This document shows positions 40,708-53,989 of a DNA stretch of 64,000 nt, piece by piece. Location: NCBI RefSeq assembly GCF_006345805.1, contig NC_042999.1, positions 53,382,001-53,446,000 on the forward strand. Reading direction: 5' to 3'. Each line of letters opens with the position of its first letter. The stretch's first letter is position 1. This stretch comes from Octopus sinensis. Its lineage: Eukaryota. Made by a program: the position numbers and the translations under genes. A model generated the notes under the pieces. The model was not told the DNA's origin and ran no database searches. It saw nothing but the letters and a program-made list of their open reading frames with translations.

Positions 40708-41277
40708 AGACGTATATTTATTGCAATGTCCGTAATAAATATACTGTAGTTAGTCAATTGTTTTTGTTGCCTCACAGCTGGATTAAAGACATGTCAATAT
40801 ACTTAATTGTTTTGTTGGTATGATGTGTTTTTTGTTTAGCTCTTTTAGCTATCTTGTTTTGTTTTTCGCGCGTGTGTGTGTGTGTCCTAAGCATTAAAAC
40901 TAAAATTAATTTCGCTTACATTTTCTGGCGCATGAAGTAACAGTGTTCAAGTATTCACTATTTAATTACACCGCTCACAAATTCAGGATATAGAAATTAA
41001 TGGAGTCATTTGAATTACATTCTTCATTTCGTTTCATTGAAGAATCAATTCATGTCCGTTCTGTGTCTGAGTATATGAAGGAGTGTACTTGCTCTATGAC
41101 AAGTCGGTCATTCAACCTGGACATTAGTTGCCGTTAAATCCAGATTTTTAATTTGAAAACAGTATAGTGCATTTGCCTGGATCTGCATTCCAAAGCGGAA
41201 ATCTTAAAAAAGATTTGCACTCATATTACATTATATTTACCACACAAATACAGAAGCACACAAACGTGTGTGTGTAT

Positions 41278-41592
41278 GTGTGAGTGAGTGAGTGTGTATG
41301 AGTGAGAGTGAGTGAGTGAATGTGTGTGAGTGAATGAGTGAGTGTGTGTGAGTGAGTGTGAGTGAGTGAGTGAGTGTGAGTGAGTGAGTGAGTGTGTGTG
41401 AGAGTGAGTGAGTGAGTGAGTGAGTGAGTGAGTGAGTGAGTGAGTGAGTGAGTGAGTGAGTGAGTGAGTGAGTGAGTGAGTGAGTGAGTGAGTAAGTGAG
41501 TGTGAGTGAGTGAGTGAGTGAGTGAGTGAGTGAGTGAGTGAGTGAGTGTGAATGAGTGTGTGTGAGTGAGTGAGTGTGAATGATTGTGTGTG
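41278..41592. repeat. (GAGT)n microsatellite
   Basis: seen directly. Confidence 0.95.
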
Positions 41593-41991
41593 AAACGCAC
41601 TCATCAGTAATCACCGATTTCTGGTTCCAATACTGATCCAAATATTCCATTTGCTTTTCTGTGGGGAACGTCTCTACACAATAAACCTTTCTTTGATATG
41701 CTCTCTGCAATTCTGATTCCCTTGTAAACAGTCGTCAGTTTATGGTATATTTTAATTGAGGCGTTTATGGTTGAAACTTTTCCCACTTACTCGTATTTGT
41801 ATACTCATGTTGTGTTTGACTGATGTATTCCATGAAATATGTTTTGTCCAGGGCGGGAACGGAATAGTTACGTGGCTTGTCTGCAGTCATTGTTATTCTA
41901 CATTCCGAACAATAATATTCAATTAGATTTTTGAACTATCAAGAAAGCCCAAGTCTCATGTTAATTGGGTTATGGTATACAAGTGGAAAAC

Positions 41992-42222
41992 GCGGCGAGC
42001 TGGCAGAAGCGTTAGCACGCCGGGCGAAATGCTTAGCGGTATTTCGCCTGCCTTTACGTTCTGAGTTCAAATTCTGCCGAGGTCGACTTTGCCTTTCATT
42101 CTTTCGGGGTCGATTAAATAAGTACCAGTTACGCACTGGGTCGATATAATCGACTTAATCCGTTTGTCTGTCCTTGTTTGTCCTCTCTGTGTTTAGCCCC
42201 TTGTGGGTAGTAAAGAAATAGG
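41992..42222 (+). mobile_element. SINE family A
   Basis: A/B boxes; near-identical to 63038-63263 in reverse. Confidence 0.92.
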
Positions 42223-43214
42223 TATACAAGTGGATGCAATTAATTTACTTATTTTAGATCGTGTATGTAAGGAACATATCCACGAAGTCGAAACAAAAAT
42301 CAAAATTTAGACAAAGAATTCCTCTTTAAAAGTTCAAGAAACTATGAAACTTAGAAGCTTAAATTTCAATGATATGTACCGCACCAACCGAAGCAAACCA
42401 ATATCCGCAACAAAAAATCAGATTCTGTAACAGCAACGGAATACTGACGGAGAGAGTTCGAAACAGCAATGACCAGACAGAAATATTTATTAGCAATATT
42501 AAATTGCAGAAAATTTTACTAAAGTTGGGATTTAAATACGACAATAGCCATTATGGAAAAAAACAGTAAAGAAATATAATCGATAGATCTGTCCACTGAT
42601 CAACGAAAATATGACTCAAAGATAAAACCTAACGATAATAATGCAACAAAACAAATCGTACACTAGGTTACCGTAGACTTATCAGAATAAAATGTAATCA
42701 AGATTAGTATTAAGATAAATGAACTAATATATTCATAATTAAAACTATTTTTGTGCCATCAGAGATATACGGGAAGCAGAGCGAAAATAGATCCGCAGAC
42801 GGATTAAGTAACCTGTACAGGGAATTATAACTACAACAGAATTCTAAACAAACAAAACAAGTAATCGGAAACGAAAAGAATCAGGTTATATGAATCGCTT
42901 ATTCAAGAAGATATAATTGTCGCCGTGGCTTTCGGAGACACGCAGATAAAATATGGCAAGTGAGAGTATTGTAGATGACTTTAGAGACATGAACATCTCA
43001 CTAAACAGCACATTGCGAGAAGTGAACATTGGATAAAATGTTTGGTAAAGCGTGGGAAGCGGAAATAAGGGGTTTTGGATATAACTAAATGTGTATGATT
43101 TAAGTGTGTAAATAGTTAAAAAGATTGAAAATACAAGAAGAGAGCATTACTTATTAAGCATTAATTAAAAAAGGATTAGTCGAGCCTTATGAGTTGGTGT
43201 GAGGAGTTATAATG

Positions 43215-43545
43215 TGCTTTCCAGAAGATTAGTTACATTTTCAGGAGAGATATTTATTCATTTCAAAAGTATACGAAACAAGATAGACTCTTAGACTTCA
43301 ATGTCGTTTCTGTAGCATTCAAGCCATTTTGTGAATGCTCCACGGACGTCATCCGAAGTGATGGCGATCAGGAATCTTGTTATGATCTTCTGATCGTCTT
43401 GAAAATGCTCGCTCCTTAGTTTCCACTTCAGTTTGAAGAACCACAAAAAGTCCCAGGGGTTAAGGTCAGCACTACAGGAAAGTTGAGAAACAGTTTTGAT
43501 GCCCATCACTGCTAAGTCGTTGGTCATCAGTATGGAATGGTGAGA
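43215..43545 (-). mobile_element. mariner transposase C-terminal fragment
   Basis: CSADLNPWDFLWFFKLK (YSPDLAPCDF-like)..AFTKWLE. Confidence 0.75.
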
Positions 43546-44875
43546 AGCAGTGTTTAGTCGGCTGCTTCCAGCAGTTTAGAGAAGCAGTGTTTAGGTTGGC
43601 TGCCTCAAGCAGGTTAGTAAGGTGTGTCCAAAGTGATGTTACAGCCGGAATAAAACGGTTGGCAGGTCAGCTTGTTAGAAGTATAGTCATGATATAGTAA
43701 TCTTTCAATACTCTAGGGCAGTTATAACTACTCACCTAAGATGTATCAAAACTTCTAGAATGCTGCTTGTAACTAAGTCCAGAGAGAGTGTGAGTGCTTT
43801 AATTAGGGGCTTGCTGTAAACAATACGAAGCACAGAAAGGAAGAGAATGGCGAGGTAAAGAAAGGAGACGGCTACAGCTAAATCAATGAGCAGTTGGTGT
43901 TATCTGATGCTGTTTAGGTATTTGGTATGTGGAGCAAACCTGTAAAGTTAAACTGAAATCTAAATTTAAAATTCAATTACAAACTAACTTACAAAATAAG
44001 CCAACGGCTACTTTTCATAATTAAATGTATAAAATAGCAGAAAAACCATTAATGTTATTATATAAATGATTAATTATTACTATATAGGAAAGACACTTGT
44101 TTATATAAAATTTGAAAAGCAAAACTAATTTAACTATACCTAAAGTCATAAAAAAATTTAGTGGAGCATAGTTCAGTGAACCCAGTTCTGTTAGCATAAA
44201 AAAGTTGTAAAGAATCTTTTTTTTAATTCCTAGACAACATATAATACATAATTCACACACCAATGACTTTTAAATACCTATAACAATCCTAAGAAGACAA
44301 TTAATAATGAACGGCACGCAATACGTATCCAGGGAAATGATTTAATAGAGAAAGAATCTTCTCTATGTATGTATATCCACCTGTATAATTTACCATGCAA
44401 ATTGTATGCCTGGAATCAAAAGTGATGATAAATGAATAGATCTCATTCGGAACCACCTATACAGTATTTCAACAAGCTATCTGGTGTGGTAGTTGATTAT
44501 CGATGCAATTAATATTTACTAATTATTGGTTGTGGATAATTATCAATTACGGTTACGATCATAATGAAATAATTGAAATACCCAGAATGTTTCCTCTGGC
44601 AACCCATTTAACATTTATATGCACATATACATACAGACATATGCGCGCGCGCACATTGAAGATATTCTTGACTTACAGTTTTGGTGTTGAAAATGCTAGC
44701 TCTTGCTTTAAATGTGGTATCGAATAAAATCCCGTGAGATTACATACAAAAATAAAGAGTTAAATTAAAGTCTAAAATAAGGCAAGTTTGCTTCGATGTT
44801 TTAATTATGTGTAATTATCTCCCCTTATTAATACTCTTCATTTTATAAGTTTTTCTCTTTTTCTCTTTTTACTTT

Positions 44876-45259
44876 TTTTCAGTCAATTTGACTGCGGCCA
44901 TGCTGGAGCACCGCCTTTAATCGAGCAACTCGACCCCAGGACTTATTCTTTGTAAGCCCAGTACTTATTCTATCGGTCTCTTTTGCCGAACCGCTAAGTA
45001 ACGGGGAGATAAACACACCAGCATCGGTTGTCAAGCAATGCTAGGGGGACAAACACAGACAAACATACACGCACATACATAAATATACATATATACGACG
45101 GACTTCTTTCAGTTTCCGTCTACCAAATCCACTCACAAGGCTTTGGTCAGCCCGAGGCTATAGTAGAAGACACTTGCCCAAGATGCTACGCAGTGGGACT
45201 GAACCCGGAACCATGTGGTTGGTAAACAAGCTACTTACCACACAGCCACTCCTGCACCT
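44876..45259 (-). mobile_element. tRNA-derived SINE, family B, full length
   Basis: A box TGGCTGTGTGG, B box GGTTCAGTCC, internal TA/TG tract, 3' tail GGCGGTGCTCCAGCATGGCCGCAGTC. Confidence 0.9.
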
Positions 45260-45639
45260 AGCTTCATTAAAAAAATGTAGGAATAAACAAAACTTCCAGT
45301 TACCATGACAATTTCAGTTTACCACATGTTCAATGGAGAAGTTTTAGCGTCATTATGTTGGAATCAGTGGAAGTTTTCAAAGAATTATTCTGTATATAGT
45401 TATTTCCTATATCTTAAACAACGCAAGCAAGAAATAAATAATAATAAAAATTCTACCAGGAGAAACACTTTATGGATTTAAATGAAACTGTATGGCACAT
45501 GGATTATTTGATTCTTCCGTTTATATAAGTTTTGAAGAGAACGAGCTTGACAGTATTAAATGGTAATAAATGTCGAATAAATGTCCAATGGCAATAAATG
45601 TCAAATATTGTTTTGTGACTCCCCCTCCATCAAATGGAA

Positions 45640-46281
45640 AAACTCTAAGTGATATGGATAAAAAAAAATGATTCGGTGGTGACTCATTGAATAGATCTTA
45701 ATTGTGAAAAAGCTAAGTGTCTTTAAGAACAGATTTAGAGAGATACTCTTAATAACAGCGACAAAAGACAATGAAGTTTAAAGTTTAAAATGTTGATCCG
45801 TATTATACGCAAAAATTTCTGATGTTTAGGGTGTTTTGAGATAAGGCAAAACTGTCAGCTCAGACTCGCAGCAGAAACGCGATGAGTTGAATTTTATAAA
45901 GTTGTGAAGGAGAGTGAGATATTTCCTTGTGAATTTTGACTGTGTTGATACAAATCGTTTTTATTTGTCAAATGCCTAGGAGAACCTACATCACACTGGA
46001 GGAAACTTCGCCATAATCCAATGAAATATACGCTAATGTCATCGTTCTACGCTAAGAAGCTACACTTAGAGTTTTATTCAGAACAATCTAGATACTTGAC
46101 GAACATTAACATGAATATACTTTGTTTTCAGTGGGTTCTCATGCCAAGATTCTCGTTTATGAGTCTTTCAATGAAGCCGCTTCTTGTAAATAATGTTCCT
46201 ATATATAAATAGTACCTCGTTCGATTAGGGTACTGCAGAGTCGAAAATTTTTTGATTCGAGGATAAGTTCGAGATCCACTA
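45640..46281 (+). mobile_element. possible hAT (Charlie-like) relic
   Basis: VVTH motif remnant; terminus AAGTTCGAGATCCACT resembles Charlie-type ends; weak. Confidence 0.3.
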
Positions 46282-46557
46282 GCTGTCACCCATCACAAGT
46301 TTTTACAACTCGATAGGATGTGTCAGGAGACTGTGCTGGTGTAGCATATCAACACAGACTTGTTTGGTGTACAGTAGGACATGCACGTACCGGAGCCGAG
46401 ATCTAGAGGGGTAGTCTGACAACTGAACCAGTTTAAGGGAGAGAACTCGTCCTCGCCGACCCCCATGCTTTATTCTTTAATTTACTCTTTGTTCACTAAT
46501 TAACTGACCGTAACGGATTTCTACCTTCAGTGTGAAAAGGTATATTCCCTTCGCCAT

Positions 46558-46621
46558 TAGGGTCTGTCGAGTCGTCCATAACGTGCTTAGCTTTACGGAT
46601 GCGAAACCACAGGTCATTCTA
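46558..46621 (+). ncRNA. type I hammerhead-like motif with long stem II (one core substitution)
   Basis: UAGGGU-CUGUCGA-GUCGUCCAUAA..UUACGGAUGC-GAAA-CCacaGG-UC-AUUCUA. Confidence 0.6.
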
Positions 46622-46629
46622 TGACCGGA

Positions 46630-46822
46630 TATATACATATCTGTGTTTGTCTCCCTACCATTGCTTGACAACCGCTGGTGTCTTTACGGCCCCGTCCCCG
46701 TAAAATAGCGGTTCGGCAAAAGGTACCAATAAAATAAGTACTAAACTTACTGAGAATAAGTACTGAGGTCAATTTGTTCGACTAGTATGGCCGCAGTCAA
46801 ACGACTGAAACCAGTAAAAGAG
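46630..46822 (+). mobile_element. SINE family B 3' half
   Basis: matches reverse of 44876-45060. Confidence 0.8.
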
Positions 46823-46852
46823 TATATATATACATATATATATATATTGTTG

Positions 46853-47326
46853 TGACCCCCTTCGGTCATGAATGACCATAGGATTATACCTAGAAGATTA
46901 CCCTCCGAGGCACAAGTTTAGGCAAGGTTGTTTATGGAAGACCAGCAGTCGCCCACGCACACCATCCTCCCCTCTCCACGGCACTGATGTTATCCAAGGG
47001 AAAGGCAAAGGCCGATACAGCTTGGCACCAGTGACGTCGCAGTTCATTTATTAACGTGCAAGTGGCTGAGCTCTCCACAGACACGTGTACACTTAACGTA
47101 GTTCTCGGGGAGATTCAACGTGACACAGTGTGTGACAAGAAAAAAAGAGTGAGAGAAAGTTGTGGTGAAAGAGTACAGCAGGGTTCACCACCATCCCCTG
47201 CCGGAGTCTCGTGGACCTTCAGGAGCTTTCGCTTAATAAACACTCAAAATGCCCGATCTGGGAATCGAAACCGCGATCCTACGACCGCCAGTCCGCTGCC
47301 CTAACCACTGGGCCATTGCGCCTCCA
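46853..47326 (-). mobile_element. composite SINE: family C head joined to family D 3' body
   Basis: 47140-47326 matches family C; 47052-47138 matches 50950-51015; 46853-47048 matches family D. Confidence 0.85.
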
Positions 47327-47386
47327 CACACAGACACACACACACACACACACACACCTATATATATATATATATTTATATTTATA

Positions 47387-48626
47387 TTGGGTTGTCAACT
47401 GAGTTCCTATCTGATTGTTTTTTAATCTAATTTTTTTTTAAAGTTTTAATAAAAAATAACAACTAATTAGTCAGTAATGTATTCACCCTTATTGTTTACA
47501 ATTCTTCCCAACGTTCAATAAGATTTTCAATACCTCGTTGGTAGAAATCATCCTATTTCGACTCGAAAAATTGATCCAACCAAGCTCTCAATTCTGCATC
47601 AGTACTGAACGAAACTCTGCGCATAGCATTTGAAAGAGATCGAAAGAGGTGGAAATCCGTTGGTGCCAAATCAGATTATGGCGGGTGTGGCAGCACTTCC
47701 CAGCCATGCGTTTGAATGACTTTCTTGGTCATATTGGCGATACGAGGGCGGGCGTTGTCGTACAGCAGAAGAACTCCATGCTTCCGGTTAGGTCTTTTCT
47801 CTTGAATAGCCGTGTGAGTCGTTCCATCTGCTGAACATAGAGATCCGCGTTGACCGTTTGGTTCCGTTCAAGCAATTTGTAATGGATAATCCCTTCCCAG
47901 TCCCACCATGCGCACAACATCGTTTTACGCGGATGAAGATCTTGTTTCGCGCGCGGTGCCGCTTATTTACCGGGGTCAAGCCATTCCTTACGCTGCTTCA
48001 TATTGATATACATGCACCATTTTTCGTAGCAAGTAACGACTCTGTAAAGAATCGTTGCTTGTGTCCATGAGTTGAGCAGTGACGAGCAAGCAAACCAGCA
48101 GAGATTGTGACTCGTCGATTTTTGTTGTTGTCACTTAAAGCATGCGGAACCCATGCTCCATACTTCTGAACCTTCCCCATCGAGTGAAGAAGCTTCTCTA
48201 TAGTAGTGTTGGAGCATACCATTTTCTCTACCAGTTCCCCTGTCGTTAGACGAGAATTTTCGTGCAAAATTTGGTTTAATCGCTCTTCATCGGACTCAAG
48301 TGGACGGCAGAACGAGGTGCCTCCTTGAGGTCGAGATTTCCATATTTGAACTTCCAATCACGAGCGTTTCTTTTTTACTATGGCACCTTCCCCATACACT
48401 GTACAAAAGTCATGAGCAGCTTTTACGGCCATAGAACCTTGATTAAAAGCAAAAAGGAGGTGTCGAAAATGTTCGTTTTTCTTAATTTGATATTCCATTT
48501 TAATGATCTGAAAATAGGCAAAAATTAACTAAATTAACTAGAAAAAAAGATTCCAAAATGATTCAAAAATAAAATTCTCGAAAAAAATAGATTCCAAAAT
48601 TTAAAAAAACTTAGTTGCCAACCCAA
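47387..48626 (-). mobile_element. mariner transposon with both TIRs, pseudogenised; same family as 4876-6069
   Basis: TIRs TTGGGTTG(T/G)CAACT(G/A)AGTT; WVPHAL, CAWWDWEG, DNARPR, DLAPTDFHLF. Confidence 0.94.
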
Positions 48627-48949
48627 AATATATATGGATATATATATATATATAATCCAAAAACAAAAACGGAGAATAAACAAGTAAAAACAACAACACG
48701 AGCACGTGGTACATGCACATATCTATGTATATATATATTTGTGTGGTTCTTCATCATTTGTGAGAAATTATCTGAAATTTGATGTCTACGATCACGAGTT
48801 ATGAGAAATTCTTAACAAGTAGTATAAGTGATTTCTCGTACAGCCTGTCGTTTACCGCTTATAATATTTAAGTGACACTCAGGTATCATCGCCAGACAAG
48901 CTTCCCTAAATATACAGAAATATTTCTTAATATTTGTGAGAAGTAACAA

Positions 48950-50562
48950 ATTAATGAAGGCCGGTAACTTCAACGAAATCACAAGGAAGCATAACAATAT
49001 GGAATACTCTGGACGACTTCTTATCTTAGAAACGGACTTGTCTTAATGTATCATCCTTTCTCATGCTTGCAAACTAATGCCTATATCGATATCAGGTATA
49101 CTGTGTAATTGATAACGAGAGTAATGAAATTGAATAACCGAATAGGAGTAGACGTACACATCTCTCTTATATCAAATTATTCTTTTGCTCTTTTTCTCAC
49201 TTTAATTTATTATTAATTACTCTTTCTTTCCTTTTAAACTCATTAACAAGAAGTTTTGTCAAGTGCTGCGTATTCCTCCTGAACGAAGATTAATTATTAA
49301 TTTTGCATGAGGAGTATATCACATCATATCAATTCGATGAATTGACACAGCGATATTTAGATGTTGAAGATATTTGTTTGGTATGCACATGTGAATGTAA
49401 CCACTACTAGAGAATTTTTAAATATTTATTCATTGTTTTTATTTTTAATATTACATGACCCTTTACTCCATGAGCCTTAATATAAAAGCTGTTGTTTACG
49501 AATAGGAAGTCAGAGAGTTGAGCAGATGAATGTACATCGTTGAGAATGATAGAGAACTTCTAGTACGGACATAACGCACATTTGCAGCAGCTCAAGATAT
49601 AATTTGTGTTTCTCCCCTTGAACGGTTCCAAATTGAGAAACAAAAAAAAAATTAAAAACAACAACATTATATATTGAAAAATGTGTGCAAATGAAAGATG
49701 TGTCTGTTCTTTTATAGTTTAGTCCTGAAATTACAAAAGCTCAAAGGAATATTATAGTAATATACAAACAAAAATATTAATAAAAATCAGAAATAGCGAC
49801 TATATTTCAACTGTTAAATGGTGAACTGCAAAAACAAAATATTGTGTATTCAATGTATGAAAAAGTGGTTGTTATTATCGCCAATTCTGCACTCAATGTT
49901 ACTCACTGTATAAGAACGTGATGGTAAAAAGACGGGAAAAAGTCAAAGAAGTTAATTCCCAGGAGTAGATATACGCAGAACTTGTTTAGACCATTAGTAA
50001 AATTATGAAAGTATAAACAAGAACATTTTATGAAGCTGAATTCTTAAATTTCTTTTCAGTATAATTCACGAGGAAAGTGTAATGTTGCACTATGAATATT
50101 TACGGTGAAATCATTTCACCAGATCGATAAAAGTCAGGGATCTTTTATATAAATGTTTATCTCATATGGTAGTTAGGTAAACAATTTATTGGGAATTCAG
50201 TTCTTCGCTGGCCAATGTTCCATTATAAAAGAAATATCTAATCAGATTTTTAATGTTTATTTATTTTATTATGAATAGTAACGTTGATTAGAAATGTTGA
50301 GGTTTCTTTGAAACCGGTTCGGTTTCCACTGCTTTACTTAGGCCAGTGCAACTAAGACCTTCGCCAGTGCAACTGAGACCTTCGCCAGTGCAACTAAGAC
50401 CTTCGCCAGTACAACTGAGACCTTGATTCTATCGTTACAAATATTGTTACTGTATGTAGAACTATTCTATCTCAGTAGAATGGAAAAGCATTTACCATTT
50501 TCTTCTCAGTGTTATCAAAGAACACGAAATAAGATTCTAAATATGGCATTGGCAAGGGTTAA
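48950..50562 (+). mobile_element. probable piggyBac relic
   Basis: MKKW..NxxxLYK remnant, KCNVAL Cys-rich tail remnant, right end AGGG-TTAA at 50555-50562; left end not identified. Confidence 0.45.
50342..50424. repeat. 21-bp minisatellite x4
   Basis: GCCAGTGCAACT(A/G)AGACCTTC with alternating A/G variants. Confidence 0.92.
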
Positions 50563-50753
50563 CGAAAGCAACCTGATACATTAATCAATTACTTCCTTAC
50601 TTATCTTGTTTCTATTAATACACCTCTCCGGTCTTAAATACGGCCGGAATATGATGATAACTGTTGACAGCTCATATGATAACTATGATAACAAACTAAA
50701 ACTGTCGATCTGATGTAATATATATATATATATATATATTTGTGTGTGTGTGT

Positions 50754-51084
50754 GGAGGCGCAATGGCCCAGTGGTTAGTGGACTCGCGGTTTCGATCCCA
50801 GACCGGGCGTTGTGAGTATTTATTGAGCAAAAACACCTATAGCTCTTCAAGGGTCCGGCGGTGTGGGGTGGCGAACCCAACAGTAATCTTTCACCACAAT
50901 TTTCTCTCACTCTTTCTTCGTGTTTCTTAAGGGCCAGCCTTATCACGCTGAATCTCTCCGAGAACTATGTTAATGGTACACGCGTCTGTGGAGTGCTCAG
51001 CCACTTGCACGTTAATTTCCTGAGCAGGCTATTCCGTTGATCGGATCAACTTGAACCCTCGTCGTCATAACCGACGGAGTGCCA

Positions 51085-51086
<2 letters not shown>
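50754..51086 (+). mobile_element. SINE family C with alternative tail
   Basis: head GGAGGCGCAATGGCCCAGTGGTTAG; tail differs from 53454-53580. Confidence 0.88.
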
Positions 51087-51144
<58 letters not shown>

Positions 51145-52094
51145 GTCTGGGGAGAATCATTCCCTCTTAGTTCCTTATTATTTAACACGCTCACATATGT
51201 GTGGGTGGGGGTTATGTGTGTGTTTTTTGTTTGTTTCTGTTTGTTTGCACATTTTTGTTTTTGCTTGTTTGTACATATATAGCACCCTATAAAATTCTAT
51301 AATCCGTTAATCCGTTGATCCCTGTAACAGTACCCTTTCTGTGTTCCAAATATGTGCAAGCAATCCCTTATCGAACCGTACCCAACTGTCTTCAATTCAG
51401 GCGTAAACCTAAATCAAGTGGTTACACAGAAACATTGTCACCGAGTCTTATTCTGTTAGGAAATCATCAATGTGTGATGCGTTCTCGTGTATGAATTCCC
51501 TTACTTGTGTCATACTTGTAAATATCACATAATGTGGTTCTTCTTTTACAAACCTCCAACTATCTTACATTCACTTCGTGTATCTTTCTTCATAACAGGA
51601 GTTTGTAGTTTCTGGGTGGGGAAACGTTTGGTCAATGCCAAAATAATGAATTCCAAAGTTTACGCTTTTTCTACCACTGCCATTTTCCTTCTCTGTCTAA
51701 AACTAGTGTGTTCATTTCCCTTTCTATAATACTACGTGTATTAATACTAGTTGCAGCGGTCAAGACGTGTCACTCAGGTTAAACGCCTTCCGCTGTGATC
51801 GTCTCAAACAATGAAAATCGTTAATGTCATTAGGATATCAACGATTTTATAACAGTCCTATAGCACCAGCACTTGTACCACAAGGTTTGGAAGACATGTA
51901 GCGATTTATTTGCAGATGACCTTTCTCATCTCTTTGCTCGTTATTACCATATTAGACCTGTTTTAGTTTCCCAATGATGCATTCTAAAAGCAGTTTAATG
52001 GACTTCCTCCCTGGTGGTTTATTCGTTCATTAAACTTCTAATTAAGAATATTAGGTCTCTAGACACACATTGGGCCATGTGTCTCTAACCACTG

Positions 52095-52219
52095 AGCGCG
52101 TTCTCAATCATGTGGTAGTGAGTCCGATTCCCGGACCGGGCTGTGCGTTGTGTTCTTGAGCAAGCGGCTGCTGGTCTTCCATTGCAATCCCATAGTTATT
52201 CATTACCTAAGGAGGTCTT
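52095..52219 (+). mobile_element. internally deleted SINE family D
   Basis: GATTCCCGGACCGGGCTG..TTGAGCAAG fused to CTGCTGGTCTTCCAT..CAATCCCAT. Confidence 0.7.
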
Positions 52220-52224
52220 TGTGC

Positions 52225-52277
<53 letters not shown>

Positions 52278-53407
52278 TGTGAAGCTTTCCAATGGAAAAA
52301 TAGGTGTAAAAATATGACCTTTCGATTATGTCTCCTCGTAGAATAGATGGTAATTGTCCGCAGAAGTGGAAAGGGGATATCTCAATTCAAAATCTGTATA
52401 ATCGATAGAGTGAATTGTTAAATTAACTCCAATGATAATTTTCCTGAACTAGATTTCACTTCTTTAAGTAAAAGTAATTACGATTGTGATAATACATTTA
52501 AAGTAACAACTAATTTTAATATTAATTATGATAATAATTTTGCATGAACACTCAGTTCTGTGAGGAGGAATTTCGGGAATTCTTTTAACCATGAGTATCA
52601 AATACAAGTGAATAAATGCTTGTGTAATTTCAAAAACAAAATTGCTAGTCCTTTACGGGAAAAGGTAGTGTATCAATCTGAGGTGATTACAAGGCATCAT
52701 AAGTATCATGGAATAAATTTAATCTGCTACAGTTTGCAAATCTAGATACTATAATCATTCTCATTCATTGAAGTATAGAAGAAAAGGTATTTCTTCAAGT
52801 CTTAATAAATGCATTTATGATTTAAATGATAGGTCCATTATTATTTAGGCATTATTGTACAATATTGGTAATTCTACATGTGATTTTTGCCTTGAGGAAA
52901 TGCATTATATAATTAATTCTAAATTAATGTTATTAAATATTAATGGTAATTTTACAATAAAAATCTCATAACGCATTTAAATATTTCAATTATTAAATAT
53001 AATTGCTTTTTATATGTTATATAATAAGCATAGTTTTTTCTAAGAAAGTTTATTGTACTTCATAAAGAGATAACTAATTGTACTGTAGAATCTCTATGTT
53101 TCTAATTGTTGCAACGTAGAATTCATTTATTTATTTTTATTGAAGCCTTATCCTCTGACGTCACAATGACAAATACGAAAATAACTTTTTTGGACTATAT
53201 TTCTTCATAAATTTCATTTTGTATGCGTTCGTGTACGGAAAATATTTCCTTAGTTCACTTTGAATTTAAATAATATTGGATCGCCTTGACAACATTTTGT
53301 AGCTTTGTATTTTCGGGATCTAAATATGTTGACACAACAGAAACGATTGTCGGCTCTGTACGCTGAATTCAGCAATTAAAGTTCTGATTCTCTCTATCCG
53401 TTCTTTT

Positions 53408-53453
<46 letters not shown>

Positions 53454-53456
<3 letters not shown>

Positions 53457-53759
53457 CGTGATCACCATGACCGGCCAGGCTATCAGATGTTGCTACATAT
53501 CGCTGGTCACAATGCGCTTCGCATTGTTTTTTAGCCTTCAAATGACGTCACCCCGCTGGCTAAGCGAGCAGGCCAACAGAAGAAAGAGTGAGAGAAAGTT
53601 GTGGCGAAAGAGTACAGCAGGGATCGCCATCCCCTGCCAGAGCCTCGTGGGGCTTTAGGTGTTTTCGCTCAATAAACACTTACAACGCCCGGTCTGGGAA
53701 TCGAAACCGCGATCCTACGACCGCGAGTCCGCTGCCCTAACCACTGGGCCATTGCGCCT

Positions 53760-53761
<2 letters not shown>
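53454..53761 (-). mobile_element. SINE family C
   Basis: A/B boxes; flanked by (TA)n and (CA)n. Confidence 0.92.
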
Positions 53762-53814
<53 letters not shown>

Positions 53815-53989
53815 AATTGTAGTAAACGCACTGAGCTCCAAGTGCCCATACCCCGAGGATGGACTGGTTATATCCAACAACACTAGAATAAGTTAGGAAA
53901 TAGCACACCTTCATCGTTAATCAATTAGGCCTTAATATCTTAGTCGCTACTAATCTGTCAGAAGTCGAATTTTTCTCTAAACTCTTCCT

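Noticed and set aside
41221-41710. THSL-repeat ORFs or telomere-like repeat
   Set aside because: (GAGT)n microsatellite; not TTAGGG
39190-43545. Two mariner pieces as one split element
   Set aside because: On the minus strand the C-terminal piece precedes the N-terminal piece, so they are separate insertions
43637-44010. Solo LTR starting TGTTAC
   Set aside because: No matching end, TSD or second copy identified
50342-50424. CRISPR-like array
   Set aside because: Contiguous repeats without spacers, no cas genes, eukaryotic context
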